A stretch of DNA of 64,000 nt from Deltaproteobacteria bacterium HGW-Deltaproteobacteria-22 (GTDB taxonomy: Bacteria > Myxococcota_A > Polyangia > HGW-17): the NCBI GenBank assembly GCA_002841825.1, contig PHAZ01000003.1:3039-67038 (forward strand). Direction: 5' to 3'. The notes under the pieces were generated by a model. That model did not search any database and had not been told where the DNA came from. It saw nothing but the letters and a program-made list of their open reading frames with translations. This document shows, in pieces, positions 29,985-39,725 of the stretch (positions are counted from its first letter, which is position 1; every line of letters starts with the position of its first letter). A program made the translations under genes and the position numbers.

Positions 29985-31991
29985 ATGAAACGCCACTGGT
30001 GGTTCCTCTTCCTCATTGTGGGCCTTGTCCTCGGATGCGAGCGGCCCGACCCCGTCGACGGGTACGATCCCGACGGCGCCGTGAACAATCATCCTGACAG
30101 CGACATCCCCGATCCGTTCCGTGTGACCCTGGTTGAGCCCGGCCACGGCCCTGTGGAGGGCGGCACCGACGTCACCATCCGCGGTTTCGGCTTCACCGAG
30201 AACATGCGGGTCGCGTTCGGCGGACGCTTCTCTGATCCCACACAGGTGATCACCGTCTCCCCAACGCGGCTGCTGGCCCGAGTGCCCGCCGGCGAAATCG
30301 GCACCGTCGAGGTGAAGTTGATCGAGAACTCCGGCAAGGAGGCTTATCTGGGCAACGCGTTCACCTACGACAGGTTCTCCATCGATCCCCCTTCGGGCTC
30401 GGTCACCGGCGGCACCTTCGTGCGCATCTCCAGCCCCGCCGGTGAGTTGGAGGACACGGACCGGTTCTTCCTCGGCGAGCAGGAACTGACCGACCTGCAC
30501 GTGGTCACGGCCTCCACGGCCACGGGCCGCACGCCGCCGTCCCAGCCCGGCTCGGTGACGTTGCGCGTGGAGAAGATCGACGCCCAGAACCTGCTGGTGG
30601 CCGACGCCTTCGCCTATTACGATACCACTGACCCAGCATACGGTGGTCTCGGCGGCGGTCCCCTCGACGGGGCGCTGACGGTCACGGTGCTCAACACCTA
30701 CGGCCGTGTCCCGGTGGCCGACGCCTTCGTCCTGCTGGGCACGGGCGCCTTCAGCCCGTATTCTGGCCGCACCGACGAGAACGGGCAGATCACGTTCTCC
30801 GATCCCGCCCTGCGTGGCCGGCAGGTCCTGACCGTGGCCAAGGAGGAGTTCATCTCCACCTCCGTGGTGGGCTTCGACGCCAAAAATGCGACGATCTTCC
30901 TCGAGCCGGTGATCCCGCCTTCGGATCCCAACAATGGGCAGATCCCCTCCACGCCCAAGACCGTATATGCCCAGGTCGCCGGCGCCGTGGACTTCAAGGA
31001 CGCCGAGTTCGAGTACTCCTGCAACTGGAACCGGCAGGTGCCGTCCCCGGCTCCGGCGGGGTACCGGCGGGCGGTCCGCGTCTTCCAGACCCTGCGGTCC
31101 TGGAACATCGCCGCGCCAGCCAGCTACACCGTCTACGACACCGACACCTGCGTCGACGGCTTCGGCATTCCCATGCTGTTCGCGGTGTGGCCGGGCGCCT
31201 TCGCGCTGGTGGGCATCGCCGGCTACGAGAAGGACGACCGTTCGGACTTCATCCCGGTGGCCTATGGTGTCACCCGGCGGCTCGTGGTGGGGCCCGCCGA
31301 GACACTCAACACCAAGGTGGTCATCGAGTACCAGCTCGGCAACCGGCAGAACGTGAGCCTGGTCAACGCGCCGCCGCTGGTGCCCGAGACAGGCCCCTCC
31401 CAGTACCGGTGCCGGCTGTTCGTCAACATCGGCGCCGACGGCTATGTGGTGCTCAATGACACCGTGCAGACCACCGACGCCACGCCGCAGTTCACCTACG
31501 AGAAGCAGATGTTCATGGTGGGGCCGCTGGCCGACGCCCAGTTCGCGTTGATGGCCGACGCCCACAATTACGGGCAGTATCCCTTCTCGCAGGTGTTCCT
31601 GACGCGCTTCGAGGACAACCCGGTGATCGTGGACCAGTTCCTGGGCATCCCCAGGCCGCTGGCCCCCACGTCCACCGAGCCCGTGCTCAACGACCGCTTC
31701 TCGTTCACTCCGAGCCCGGTGACCCAGCCCACGTTCCATATCGTCAAGATCAACACCTTCCCCAAGGGCGACGCCTGGTGGCGGCTGTACGTGAACGGGC
31801 CGATCTCCACCTTCGTCCTGCCGGACCTGAGCGGCTTCACCGGGGTTCCCGGCAAGCCGGCGGGCTGGCTCTACTGGCATGTGCAGTCTGTGCTCGTGCC
31901 GGACCTGTCGTTCGACGACTTCACCTACCGGTATCTCGGCGAGAAATACTGGACCTCCACGGCTGCCGACGGAAGCCTGTTCACCTTCTGA
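29985..31991 (+). CDS. IPT/TIG domain lipoprotein
   Basis: Track ORF 29886..31991. ATG 29985 gives MKRHWWFLFLIVGLVLGC (lipobox). IPT/TIG units: VTLVEPGHGPVEGGTDVTIRGFGFTENMRVAFGG and IDPPSGSVTGGTFVRI. The remainder is a large unassigned beta-rich region. Confidence 0.7.
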   Translation: MKRHWWFLFLIVGLVLGCERPDPVDGYDPDGAVNNHPDSDIPDPFRVTLVEPGHGPVEGGTDVTIRGFGFTENMRVAFGGRFSDPTQVITVSPTRLLARVPAGEIGTVEVKLIENSGKEAYLGNAFTYDRFSIDPPSGSVTGGTFVRISSPAGELEDTDRFFLGEQELTDLHVVTASTATGRTPPSQPGSVTLRVEKIDAQNLLVADAFAYYDTTDPAYGGLGGGPLDGALTVTVLNTYGRVPVADAFVLLGTGAFSPYSGRTDENGQITFSDPALRGRQVLTVAKEEFISTSVVGFDAKNATIFLEPVIPPSDPNNGQIPSTPKTVYAQVAGAVDFKDAEFEYSCNWNRQVPSPAPAGYRRAVRVFQTLRSWNIAAPASYTVYDTDTCVDGFGIPMLFAVWPGAFALVGIAGYEKDDRSDFIPVAYGVTRRLVVGPAETLNTKVVIEYQLGNRQNVSLVNAPPLVPETGPSQYRCRLFVNIGADGYVVLNDTVQTTDATPQFTYEKQMFMVGPLADAQFALMADAHNYGQYPFSQVFLTRFEDNPVIVDQFLGIPRPLAPTSTEPVLNDRFSFTPSPVTQPTFHIVKINTFPKGDAWWRLYVNGPISTFVLPDLSGFTGVPGKPAGWLYWHVQSVLVPDLSFDDFTYRYLGEKYWTSTAADGSLFTF

Positions 31992-31997
31992 GGTCAC

Positions 31998-33911
31998 GTG
32001 ACACGATCCCGCCTTCTCAACATCCTGTCGATCCTGTGCTGGGTCGTTGTCGCGCCCGCGGCGCTGACGACCGCCTGCGACTCCACGACCACCAAGCCTG
32101 CCCTGTGTGAGGTCGACCGCATCTACTGCGCCGCCGGCGTGCAGGCCACCTGCACCCATCCGGCCGGGCAATACGCCTTCATCGACTGCGCTTCGGCCGG
32201 ACAGACCTGCGTGCCGGATCTGGGCTGCCGTGTGTGCGTGCCGGACCAGTGGGTCTGTGACGGCGCCCACGTGGCCCTGTGCTCGGCGGACGGGCGCACC
32301 ATGGAGCCTCGCGCCCAGTGCGACACCGATGCGGGCTGGGTGTGCTCCCAGGGACGCTGCGTGCACGCCTGCTCCCAGGCTGCCGCCGACCGCTCGTATC
32401 TGGGATGCGAGTACTGGGCCGTGGACCTCGACAACGCCAAGGTCTCCTCGGGCAACGCCGCCGCCCAGCAGTTCGCTGTGGTGATCTCCAACACCTCGCT
32501 TCTGACCGCGCGGGTCATCGTCGAGGTCGACGACGCGCCCCCGAACTGGCCCGTTCAGTTGCGGGAGGTCGCCCGCACCGAGGTGCCCCCCGAGGGGCTG
32601 CGCGTGCTGTCGCTGCCCTCGCGCGAGGTGGACGGCTCCCCCCTGGGCTCCTGGGACGTCGGCACCCACTCGGCGCTGTCCACGCGGGCGTTCCGCGTCA
32701 CGTCCTCGGCGCCCATCGTCGCGTACCAGTTCAACCCGCTGGAGAACGTCGACGTGTTCTCCAACGACGCCAGCATCCTGTTCCCGAAGAACGCGCTGGA
32801 CTCCGACTACCTCGTGCTCTCGTGGCCCCAGACCATCGCCGACACCAACGATCCCAACAACGACTTCGCCCAGCACCTGCGTGCCTTCGTGACGATCGTG
32901 GCCACCGAGCCCGGCACGAACGTGACCGTCACGCCCAGCGCGCGCATCCTCGGCGACGGGCTCGACATCCCGGCAGCCGAGGCAGGCCAGACCTTCACCG
33001 TGGACATGCACGAGTTCATGGTGCTCAACCTCGAGACCGACGGGTTCCAGGCGGACCTGACCGGCACTCGGATCGTGGCCGACCGGCCCATCGTGGTGTT
33101 CTCGGGATCCGAGGCCTCCGACGTGCCGTTATGGGATTTCTTCGCCGAACGCTACTGCTGCGCGGACCACCTCGAGCACCAGCAGTTTCCGCTGTCGGCC
33201 GCAGGCACGAAGTTCGTCGCCGCCCGCGTCGCGCCCCGCACCCCCGCGGTGTCGGCCGCCGGCGGAGGCTGCGCGATCATCGAGGAGAGCGACCTGTTCC
33301 GGGTGCTCGCGCTCTACGACGGCACCACGGTCTTCACTTCCATGCCGGCCCCGGACGACTACTTCTTCCTGAACCGCGGGCAGATCGTCGATCTGACGCC
33401 GTTCTGCGACATGATCATCGAATCGGACAAGCCCCTGTTCGTGGGCCAGTTCCTGCGCGGGCAGGGCACCACGGGCATCCCCATCGACCTGCCCGGGGGC
33501 GATCCCTCCTTCATCATGGTGCCGCCTGTGGAGCAGTGGCGCGACACCTACGTCTTCCTGACACCGGACAAGTACGCCTTTGATTTCATCACCATCGCGG
33601 CGCCCCAGGGCACCACGATCCAGCTCGACTACCAGTCGATCCACGATTACGACTGCGTGCAGCGGGCGGCGGCCTGCACCACCGGCGTGGATTCAGGTCC
33701 GCAGTACGACGTCTTCCAGTGCCAGTTGTCCTTCCCCCGGGTGTACCCCGACCGACCTCCCGGCCAGAACGTCGATCCGGGCTCCCAGAACGACGGGTAC
33801 CACGTGCTGCGCGCGGATCGCCCCGTGATGCTGCTGGTCTCGGGCTTCGACAAGCACGTCTCCTACGGCTACGTCGGTGGCATGAACATGACCCGCATCA
33901 ACGTGCAGTGA
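31998..33911 (+). CDS. IgGFc-binding-protein-N-terminal-like domain lipoprotein with Cys-rich N-terminal module
   Basis: Starts 6 nt after the IPT gene. Lipobox LTTAC. The pattern matches the bacterial IgGFc_binding family: GCEYWAVDL, AVVISN, VTSSAPIVAYQFNP, ADLTGTRIVADRPIVVFSGSE, GGDPSFIMVPPVEQWRDTYVF, VSYGYVGG. Confidence 0.7.
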   Translation: MTRSRLLNILSILCWVVVAPAALTTACDSTTTKPALCEVDRIYCAAGVQATCTHPAGQYAFIDCASAGQTCVPDLGCRVCVPDQWVCDGAHVALCSADGRTMEPRAQCDTDAGWVCSQGRCVHACSQAAADRSYLGCEYWAVDLDNAKVSSGNAAAQQFAVVISNTSLLTARVIVEVDDAPPNWPVQLREVARTEVPPEGLRVLSLPSREVDGSPLGSWDVGTHSALSTRAFRVTSSAPIVAYQFNPLENVDVFSNDASILFPKNALDSDYLVLSWPQTIADTNDPNNDFAQHLRAFVTIVATEPGTNVTVTPSARILGDGLDIPAAEAGQTFTVDMHEFMVLNLETDGFQADLTGTRIVADRPIVVFSGSEASDVPLWDFFAERYCCADHLEHQQFPLSAAGTKFVAARVAPRTPAVSAAGGGCAIIEESDLFRVLALYDGTTVFTSMPAPDDYFFLNRGQIVDLTPFCDMIIESDKPLFVGQFLRGQGTTGIPIDLPGGDPSFIMVPPVEQWRDTYVFLTPDKYAFDFITIAAPQGTTIQLDYQSIHDYDCVQRAAACTTGVDSGPQYDVFQCQLSFPRVYPDRPPGQNVDPGSQNDGYHVLRADRPVMLLVSGFDKHVSYGYVGGMNMTRINVQ

Positions 33912-33989
33912 GTCCGGCGCAGCATGCGGATTGACAATAAATTTCTAATAGTAACAATTTTATTATACTGTTCCTGTGAGTCTCAAGGT

Positions 33990-34014
33990 GCTCCGGTCTC
34001 CTCGGAGCTTTTTT
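33990..34014 (+). terminator. Candidate rho-independent terminator
   Basis: GCTCCG (33990-33995), loop GTCTCCT, CGGAGC (34003-34008), then TTTTTT (34009-34014), 79 nt after the stop at 33911. The stem is short (6 bp). Confidence 0.35.
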
Positions 34015-34419
34015 CTGGTGGAACCCCTGGGTTCCCTGCTCACGGTCCGGACCTTCGTGCCCGAGGGACTTCCGGTGCAGGAACGTGATGTAAAATTTTT
34101 TAACCATGAAAATCGTCAGGTCCGGGTGGTTCACGTTGAATATGGTGAACGTGTGAATTGTTTCGACGGATGCCACACCCATCATGTGACCTGCACCCGG
34201 GACCAAGCACCGGACCGCGGCTGTTGCGTCGATCAAAGGTTTCGCGCACGGGGACGAAAAACTTTTTTGTAAGTTCCTCGAACCTATGATAACGTGGCTG
34301 CGCCTGATTGTATTGGGTGACTCCGGGTGTGGAATGGTGTTTTCTTTCACGCCCAGGGTGGCCCGTTGTTTCGGGGTTTGGTAGAAAATGATCGTTCGCA
34401 GTACGTTAGGAGCCAGCAG

Positions 34420-35334
<915 letters not shown>

Positions 35335-35372
35335 GCGCCGGCCGATGCCGGCCGAGGTGTTGAGGCTGTCAC

Positions 35373-36206
35373 ATGCAGATCACTTTCTGGGGCGTTCGCG
35401 CGCTCGTTCCCTCTCCCGGCCAGGAGACCACCGTCACCGGCGGTAACACGCTCTGCATCACGGTGCGCGGCGTCGCCGGCGAGACGCTCGTGGTCGACGC
35501 GGGCACCGGCATCACGACCTGGGGCCGCAGCATCCTCTCGGGCGACTATGGCCGCGGGCAGGGCGAGCTCGATCTGTTCATCACGCATCCGCACTACGAT
35601 CACATCCAGGGCTTCCCGTTCTTTGTGCCTGCGTTCATCCCCGGCAACACGATCCGGCTCTACGGCAGCACCTACTGCAAGCGCACCATGGAGCAGGTCC
35701 TCGAGAGCCAGATGAACCCGATCTTCTCGCCGATCCAGAGCCTGAAGAACCTCAACTCCAACCTGCTGTTCCCGGACGTGAAGCCCGGAGACACCCTTTC
35801 GATCGGCGGCCTCGCCGTGCAACTGGAGACGCTCCCCCATGTGACCGAACAAGCCATGGGCGTGCGCGTCCGCGAGGGCGGCAAGACCGTGGTGATGGCC
35901 CCCGACGTCAACTACCCCGAGGGCGTCGTGCCCCCCGAGGCGCTGGCGTTCTTCCGCGACGCGGACCTGCTGGTCCACGACATCCGCTCCTTCGTGCCCG
36001 GCCTCGAGCGGCTGCACTCCCGCGAGGCCTTCAACGCCCGCGACGCGGTGGCCGCCGCCGCCGCCGCACACGTGAAGAAGCTCGTGCTCACACACTTCCA
36101 TTTCGACTCCACCGATCGCGAGCTCGATCAACTGCGCGAGAGCCTGGGGTACGATCATCCCTTCGAGATCGAGCTGGCCCGCGAAGGCTCCACCCTCTGG
36201 CTGTGA
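35373..36206 (+). CDS. MBL-fold metallo-hydrolase (tandem paralogue)
   Basis: MQITFWGVRALVPSPG...; LFITHPHYDHIQGFPFF; C-terminal LTHFH. The architecture matches the upstream gene. Confidence 0.8.
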   Translation: MQITFWGVRALVPSPGQETTVTGGNTLCITVRGVAGETLVVDAGTGITTWGRSILSGDYGRGQGELDLFITHPHYDHIQGFPFFVPAFIPGNTIRLYGSTYCKRTMEQVLESQMNPIFSPIQSLKNLNSNLLFPDVKPGDTLSIGGLAVQLETLPHVTEQAMGVRVREGGKTVVMAPDVNYPEGVVPPEALAFFRDADLLVHDIRSFVPGLERLHSREAFNARDAVAAAAAAHVKKLVLTHFHFDSTDRELDQLRESLGYDHPFEIELAREGSTLWL

Positions 36207-37147
36207 TGGAACATGAAGATTTCGGCCGTGGGTTCCTGATCCTCCCTGTTTTCCATTGTTGTTTAATCATTACCTTTCTGGTCTCAGTGCGCGTGGCCGA
36301 AGCGGCGCCTCCCGCGCCCGCGCAGGTGCCGTCACCGCCCCGGGGGCGCCAGACCCTGGCCATGCTCGACTTCAGCACCGCGCTGGGGGTGGAGGCGGCC
36401 CTGATGCGCGCCCAACTGCCGGCCACCTTCACCGTGCGCGCGGCCTCCCCGTTCGTGGTGGCTTCGGATCTCCCTCCGGTCGAGCTGGATCGTGTGATCG
36501 CGCAGACTTTGCTGCCGGCCCACCAGGCGCTCAACGTCCGCTATATCCGCCGCGCGCCGGTCGTACCGGTACGTGTGTATCTTTTTGCCGGACAGACCTC
36601 GCTGGCCGTGCTCAGCCGCATCCTCTGGAAGGACGACACCCCGCCCGTGTACGGCTACAGCCGCAAGGACCGGAACATGATGGTCATGGACATATCGACG
36701 GGCGGCGGCACCCTCGTCCACGAACTGACCCACGTGATGATGTGGGCGGATTTTCCGGCGGTTCCGAACTGGTTCAACGAGGGCCTCAGTTCCCTTCACG
36801 AGGCTGTCAAAATTTTTCCTGACCGGCTGCAGGGCCTGCCCAACTGGCGAGGAGGCGTCCTGCGCGAGGTCATCAGGAAGGGGCGTCTGCGCACCCTGTC
36901 CGAACTGGTGTCGGATCCGGACTTCTATGGGAAGAATTCGGATGTCAACTACGCCCATGCCCGCTATTTCTGCCTGTTCCTGCAGGATCGTTGCGATCTG
37001 AAGAGGTTCTACGAGCTCATGAAGGCAGCGTCGGGAACGGCGTCGCCGACAACGGCGCTGGTCCGCGCCGCGACCGTCTGCTCGGTCCCGGAGGCCCGCC
37101 TGGAGATGGAATTCCAGGCCTATCTGCCGAAATTGCTGGGACCGTAG
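36203..37147 (+). CDS. Secreted putative zinc metallopeptidase (HExxH; DUF1570-like)
   Basis: GTGA overlap with the preceding stop. Hydrophobic N-terminus with AEA cleavage-like site. Motif GGTLVHELTHVMMW followed by NWFNEGLSSLHE. Confidence 0.5.
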   Translation: MMEHEDFGRGFLILPVFHCCLIITFLVSVRVAEAAPPAPAQVPSPPRGRQTLAMLDFSTALGVEAALMRAQLPATFTVRAASPFVVASDLPPVELDRVIAQTLLPAHQALNVRYIRRAPVVPVRVYLFAGQTSLAVLSRILWKDDTPPVYGYSRKDRNMMVMDISTGGGTLVHELTHVMMWADFPAVPNWFNEGLSSLHEAVKIFPDRLQGLPNWRGGVLREVIRKGRLRTLSELVSDPDFYGKNSDVNYAHARYFCLFLQDRCDLKRFYELMKAASGTASPTTALVRAATVCSVPEARLEMEFQAYLPKLLGP

Positions 37148-37186
37148 GCTTTCCCGGTTCACCATGAACCGCACGGCTGATGGGTC

Positions 37187-37858
37187 GTGTTGCCTTCGGT
37201 CCATAATCATGGTAGCACGGGATCCATGCACGTCGTCGATCTCCTGCGACTGGCCGTGACAGGCCTCCTCCTGTGGCTGCTGCGGCCGCATCTGGCCCTG
37301 ATCTGGCGGTTTGTCCAGCCGTCCCGGGTCCGGCACCGGATCAAACCCGGAGACGGGAACATCACCGGCTTCTGGGGCGAGACGATGGCCCGGCTGGGCT
37401 TCGTCCATCTGGGACGCCGCGAGGAAGTGATCTACGGCCTCGAGCGACGCGTTTACCAGGTGTTCTTCCATGAGGACGGCGTGTTCGCGGACCTGCCCGA
37501 AGCCGCCCTCGATTCCAAATCGAAGCGTCCTCCGGTGGGACTGTACCTGACGACAGTGCTGCCTCAGACGTTGTTCCTGATGACCAAGCGCGTGGGTCAG
37601 GAGACCACGCGCGGCCTGTATGTCTCGCAGAGATCCTCGGGCACGGTCACCGAGATGCTGCGCGCGCACCGGGCCACGCTGATGCGGCTGGGCCTCGGGC
37701 AGCGGGTGGAGGAGCCCGGGACGCTGCAAAGGCGCAGTGAGATCTTCTCCCTGTGGCATCAGGACCACGCGCGGGTGGAGCTGCGGTATTTTGCGGTGTT
37801 GTCGATCGTGTTGACTGTGATCGTGGGCGGATTTCTCGTCCGGATGTGGATGATCTGA
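37187..37858 (+). CDS. Hypothetical membrane protein
   Basis: 223 aa with an N-terminal TM (LLRLAVTGLLLWLL) and a C-terminal TM (YFAVLSIVLTVIVGGFLV). High GC3. The start is uncertain. Confidence 0.5.
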   Translation: MLPSVHNHGSTGSMHVVDLLRLAVTGLLLWLLRPHLALIWRFVQPSRVRHRIKPGDGNITGFWGETMARLGFVHLGRREEVIYGLERRVYQVFFHEDGVFADLPEAALDSKSKRPPVGLYLTTVLPQTLFLMTKRVGQETTRGLYVSQRSSGTVTEMLRAHRATLMRLGLGQRVEEPGTLQRRSEIFSLWHQDHARVELRYFAVLSIVLTVIVGGFLVRMWMI

Positions 37859-37859
37859 G

Positions 37860-38146
37860 ATGTGGTATGCGGCGGCTGAGGGAAGCCTGACCCTCGAGAT
37901 CAAGGTGTTTCCCAAGAGCCCGCACAGCCGGCTTGGCCCCGTCGACGGTGGTCGGCTCCAGGTGCGGATCCACGCGGCGCCCGAGGACGGGGCCGCCAAC
38001 GCGGCGGTTGTGGGTTCGGGGTGCCCCAGCGCGCGGTGACGATCCTGCTGGGGCAGACGTCGCGCATGAAGTCGGTCCGGATCACGGGTTCCTCGGTGGA
38101 CCCTGCTTTTCTGGAAGAAGGTTCTGTTGATGTCAAATCCAAATAG
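37860..38146 (+). pseudogene. DUF167 (YggU-family) gene interrupted by a frameshift
   Basis: The frame from ATG 37860 reads MWYAAAEGSLTLEIKVFPKSPHSRLGPVDGGRLQVRIHAAPEDGAANAAVVGSG, then hits a stop at 38037-38039. The family continues in another frame: VPQRAVTILLGQTSRMKSVRITGSSVDP...*, ending with TAG at 38144-38146. The linker between the ANAA and VP motifs is about 5 residues shorter than in E. coli YggU. Confidence 0.65.
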
Positions 38147-39668
38147 ATTCTTTTTTCTTTCCTTTCTTTCATGGTTGTTCCTGCTGTCCTCCTGCCAGGA
38201 GACGTACCAGTTGCGATTCGAGCTGGTGACGCCCGCCGGGTTCGATCTGCAGCAGGACGTCGCCCGGCTGGTGATCTCGGCCGGGGAACAGACCCGCGTG
38301 GTGACGTGCACGTCCGCGGACTGCCCCTTTGACGTGAAGTTCTCCTTCACCGAGGGTGAGACCTCGCGGGTGAGCGTGCACGGCTATGATGCAGACTCCC
38401 AGTTGGTGGCGGCCGGCTATTCGCCGTCGTTCGTGGCCGTCGACGGAGGCCTGGACCTGGCTCTCTTTCTCGGGCCCATCGACCGTGGCTCGACGATCGA
38501 TGCGTTGTTCGAGGCTGCGCCGCTGGACGCCGCGCTGGCGCCGCTGCTCACCTCCGACGACGGAGCGCTCACCTCCAACGTGGGCACGCTCATCTTCGGC
38601 GGCCGGGAGGGCGAGACCGGCGACGCGACCCCGGTGGACGAGGTGTGGTTCTATGATCCATATCTGCTGTCGCTGGTGTCCCTTGCGCCGCTGACCATCC
38701 CGCTGGCGGAACCGGCGATCATGGATCTGCGGGACGGCAACTTCCTGCTTTTCGGCGGCCGGACCACCGGCGGGACGATCTCGGGTGCGATGCTGTTCTA
38801 TGCGACCTCGTCGGTGCAGGCGGCGGGCTCGCACGTGATCTCGCTGCCGGCCGAGACCGCACCGGTCCCGACCGCGGGGGCCCGGACCGTGGAGCTCGGG
38901 CCGTTCGACGGCCTGTTCGACCAGGCCACCGGTACGTACCTGCTCGACGCCTTCCTGATGCTTTCCGGTGAGACCGTGGACGGCTCCGAGGCGCCCATCA
39001 CGTGGGTGCTGGTCTACTACAGCCTGGCCTCGGCCACGACGACCATCGTCACCCGGCCGACCGGCCTGACCCTTCCACAGGGCGTGCATGCGCAGGCCGT
39101 GAGGCTCGACGACACCATCGTGCGGGTATTCCTGCCCGAGGTTCGGCAGTTCCTGACGGCGGCAGTGGACGTGGGCACCGAGGGGCTCGAGTTCCGCCTC
39201 GATCCAATGGATGCGCCAGGATTGCCGGTGCGCAGTGGATGGAGGCTCCTGCCGTTGGGGGATCGCCTTCTGGCGGTGGCCGGCCGGGACGATCAGGGCC
39301 GCTGCACGGGCGAGATCTACGATGTGGATCCCGTCGGGCAGACCCTGCGCGGCCTCGATTCGCGCAACAGTCACTGCGAAAGCGCGCTGGTGCGCATGGG
39401 GGCGCTGGTCCTGGAGGTCGGCGGTGTGGACGCCGAAGAGGGCCTGCACGGCGCCACGGCCTGGCCCTGGACGCTGGGAGACGGGGGCCTGTCGTTGCAG
39501 GGTCCGGTCTCGATCCCCCTTGCACGGGAACGCATCCGGCCGCAGGTGTTCGTGATGCCCACTGGCGCGGTGGCGGTGTATGGCGGCCTGGTTCAGGCCG
39601 GCGGCAGTCCCGAGGCATCCCTGGAGTTGATCATCCTGGATCCCAGAAAGAGCCAGGAACCGAAATAG
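38130..39668 (+). CDS. Lipoprotein with Kelch-like beta-propeller repeats (tentative)
   Basis: MSNPNRFFFLSFLSWLFLLSSC (lipobox). Recurrent motifs LIFGGREGETG...EVWFYDP, LLFGGRTTGG, LLAVAGRDDQG...IYDVDP and AVAVYGG suggest Kelch-type blades. Confidence 0.5.
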   Translation: MSNPNRFFFLSFLSWLFLLSSCQETYQLRFELVTPAGFDLQQDVARLVISAGEQTRVVTCTSADCPFDVKFSFTEGETSRVSVHGYDADSQLVAAGYSPSFVAVDGGLDLALFLGPIDRGSTIDALFEAAPLDAALAPLLTSDDGALTSNVGTLIFGGREGETGDATPVDEVWFYDPYLLSLVSLAPLTIPLAEPAIMDLRDGNFLLFGGRTTGGTISGAMLFYATSSVQAAGSHVISLPAETAPVPTAGARTVELGPFDGLFDQATGTYLLDAFLMLSGETVDGSEAPITWVLVYYSLASATTTIVTRPTGLTLPQGVHAQAVRLDDTIVRVFLPEVRQFLTAAVDVGTEGLEFRLDPMDAPGLPVRSGWRLLPLGDRLLAVAGRDDQGRCTGEIYDVDPVGQTLRGLDSRNSHCESALVRMGALVLEVGGVDAEEGLHGATAWPWTLGDGGLSLQGPVSIPLARERIRPQVFVMPTGAVAVYGGLVQAGGSPEASLELIILDPRKSQEPK

Positions 39669-39725
39669 TTGGACATCGCGCCGCTTTTGGGCGGCGCCAA
39701 CCTCTCACTGCAAAGGAGCGACCCG

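Noticed and set aside
34225-34270. c-di-GMP (GEMM-I-like) or other riboswitch upstream of the MBL genes, suggested by CGCACGGGGACGAAA
   Set aside because: There is only a short resemblance to one conserved segment, and the remaining conserved helices and tetraloop-receptor elements are not visible. An Infernal scan would be needed to revisit this.
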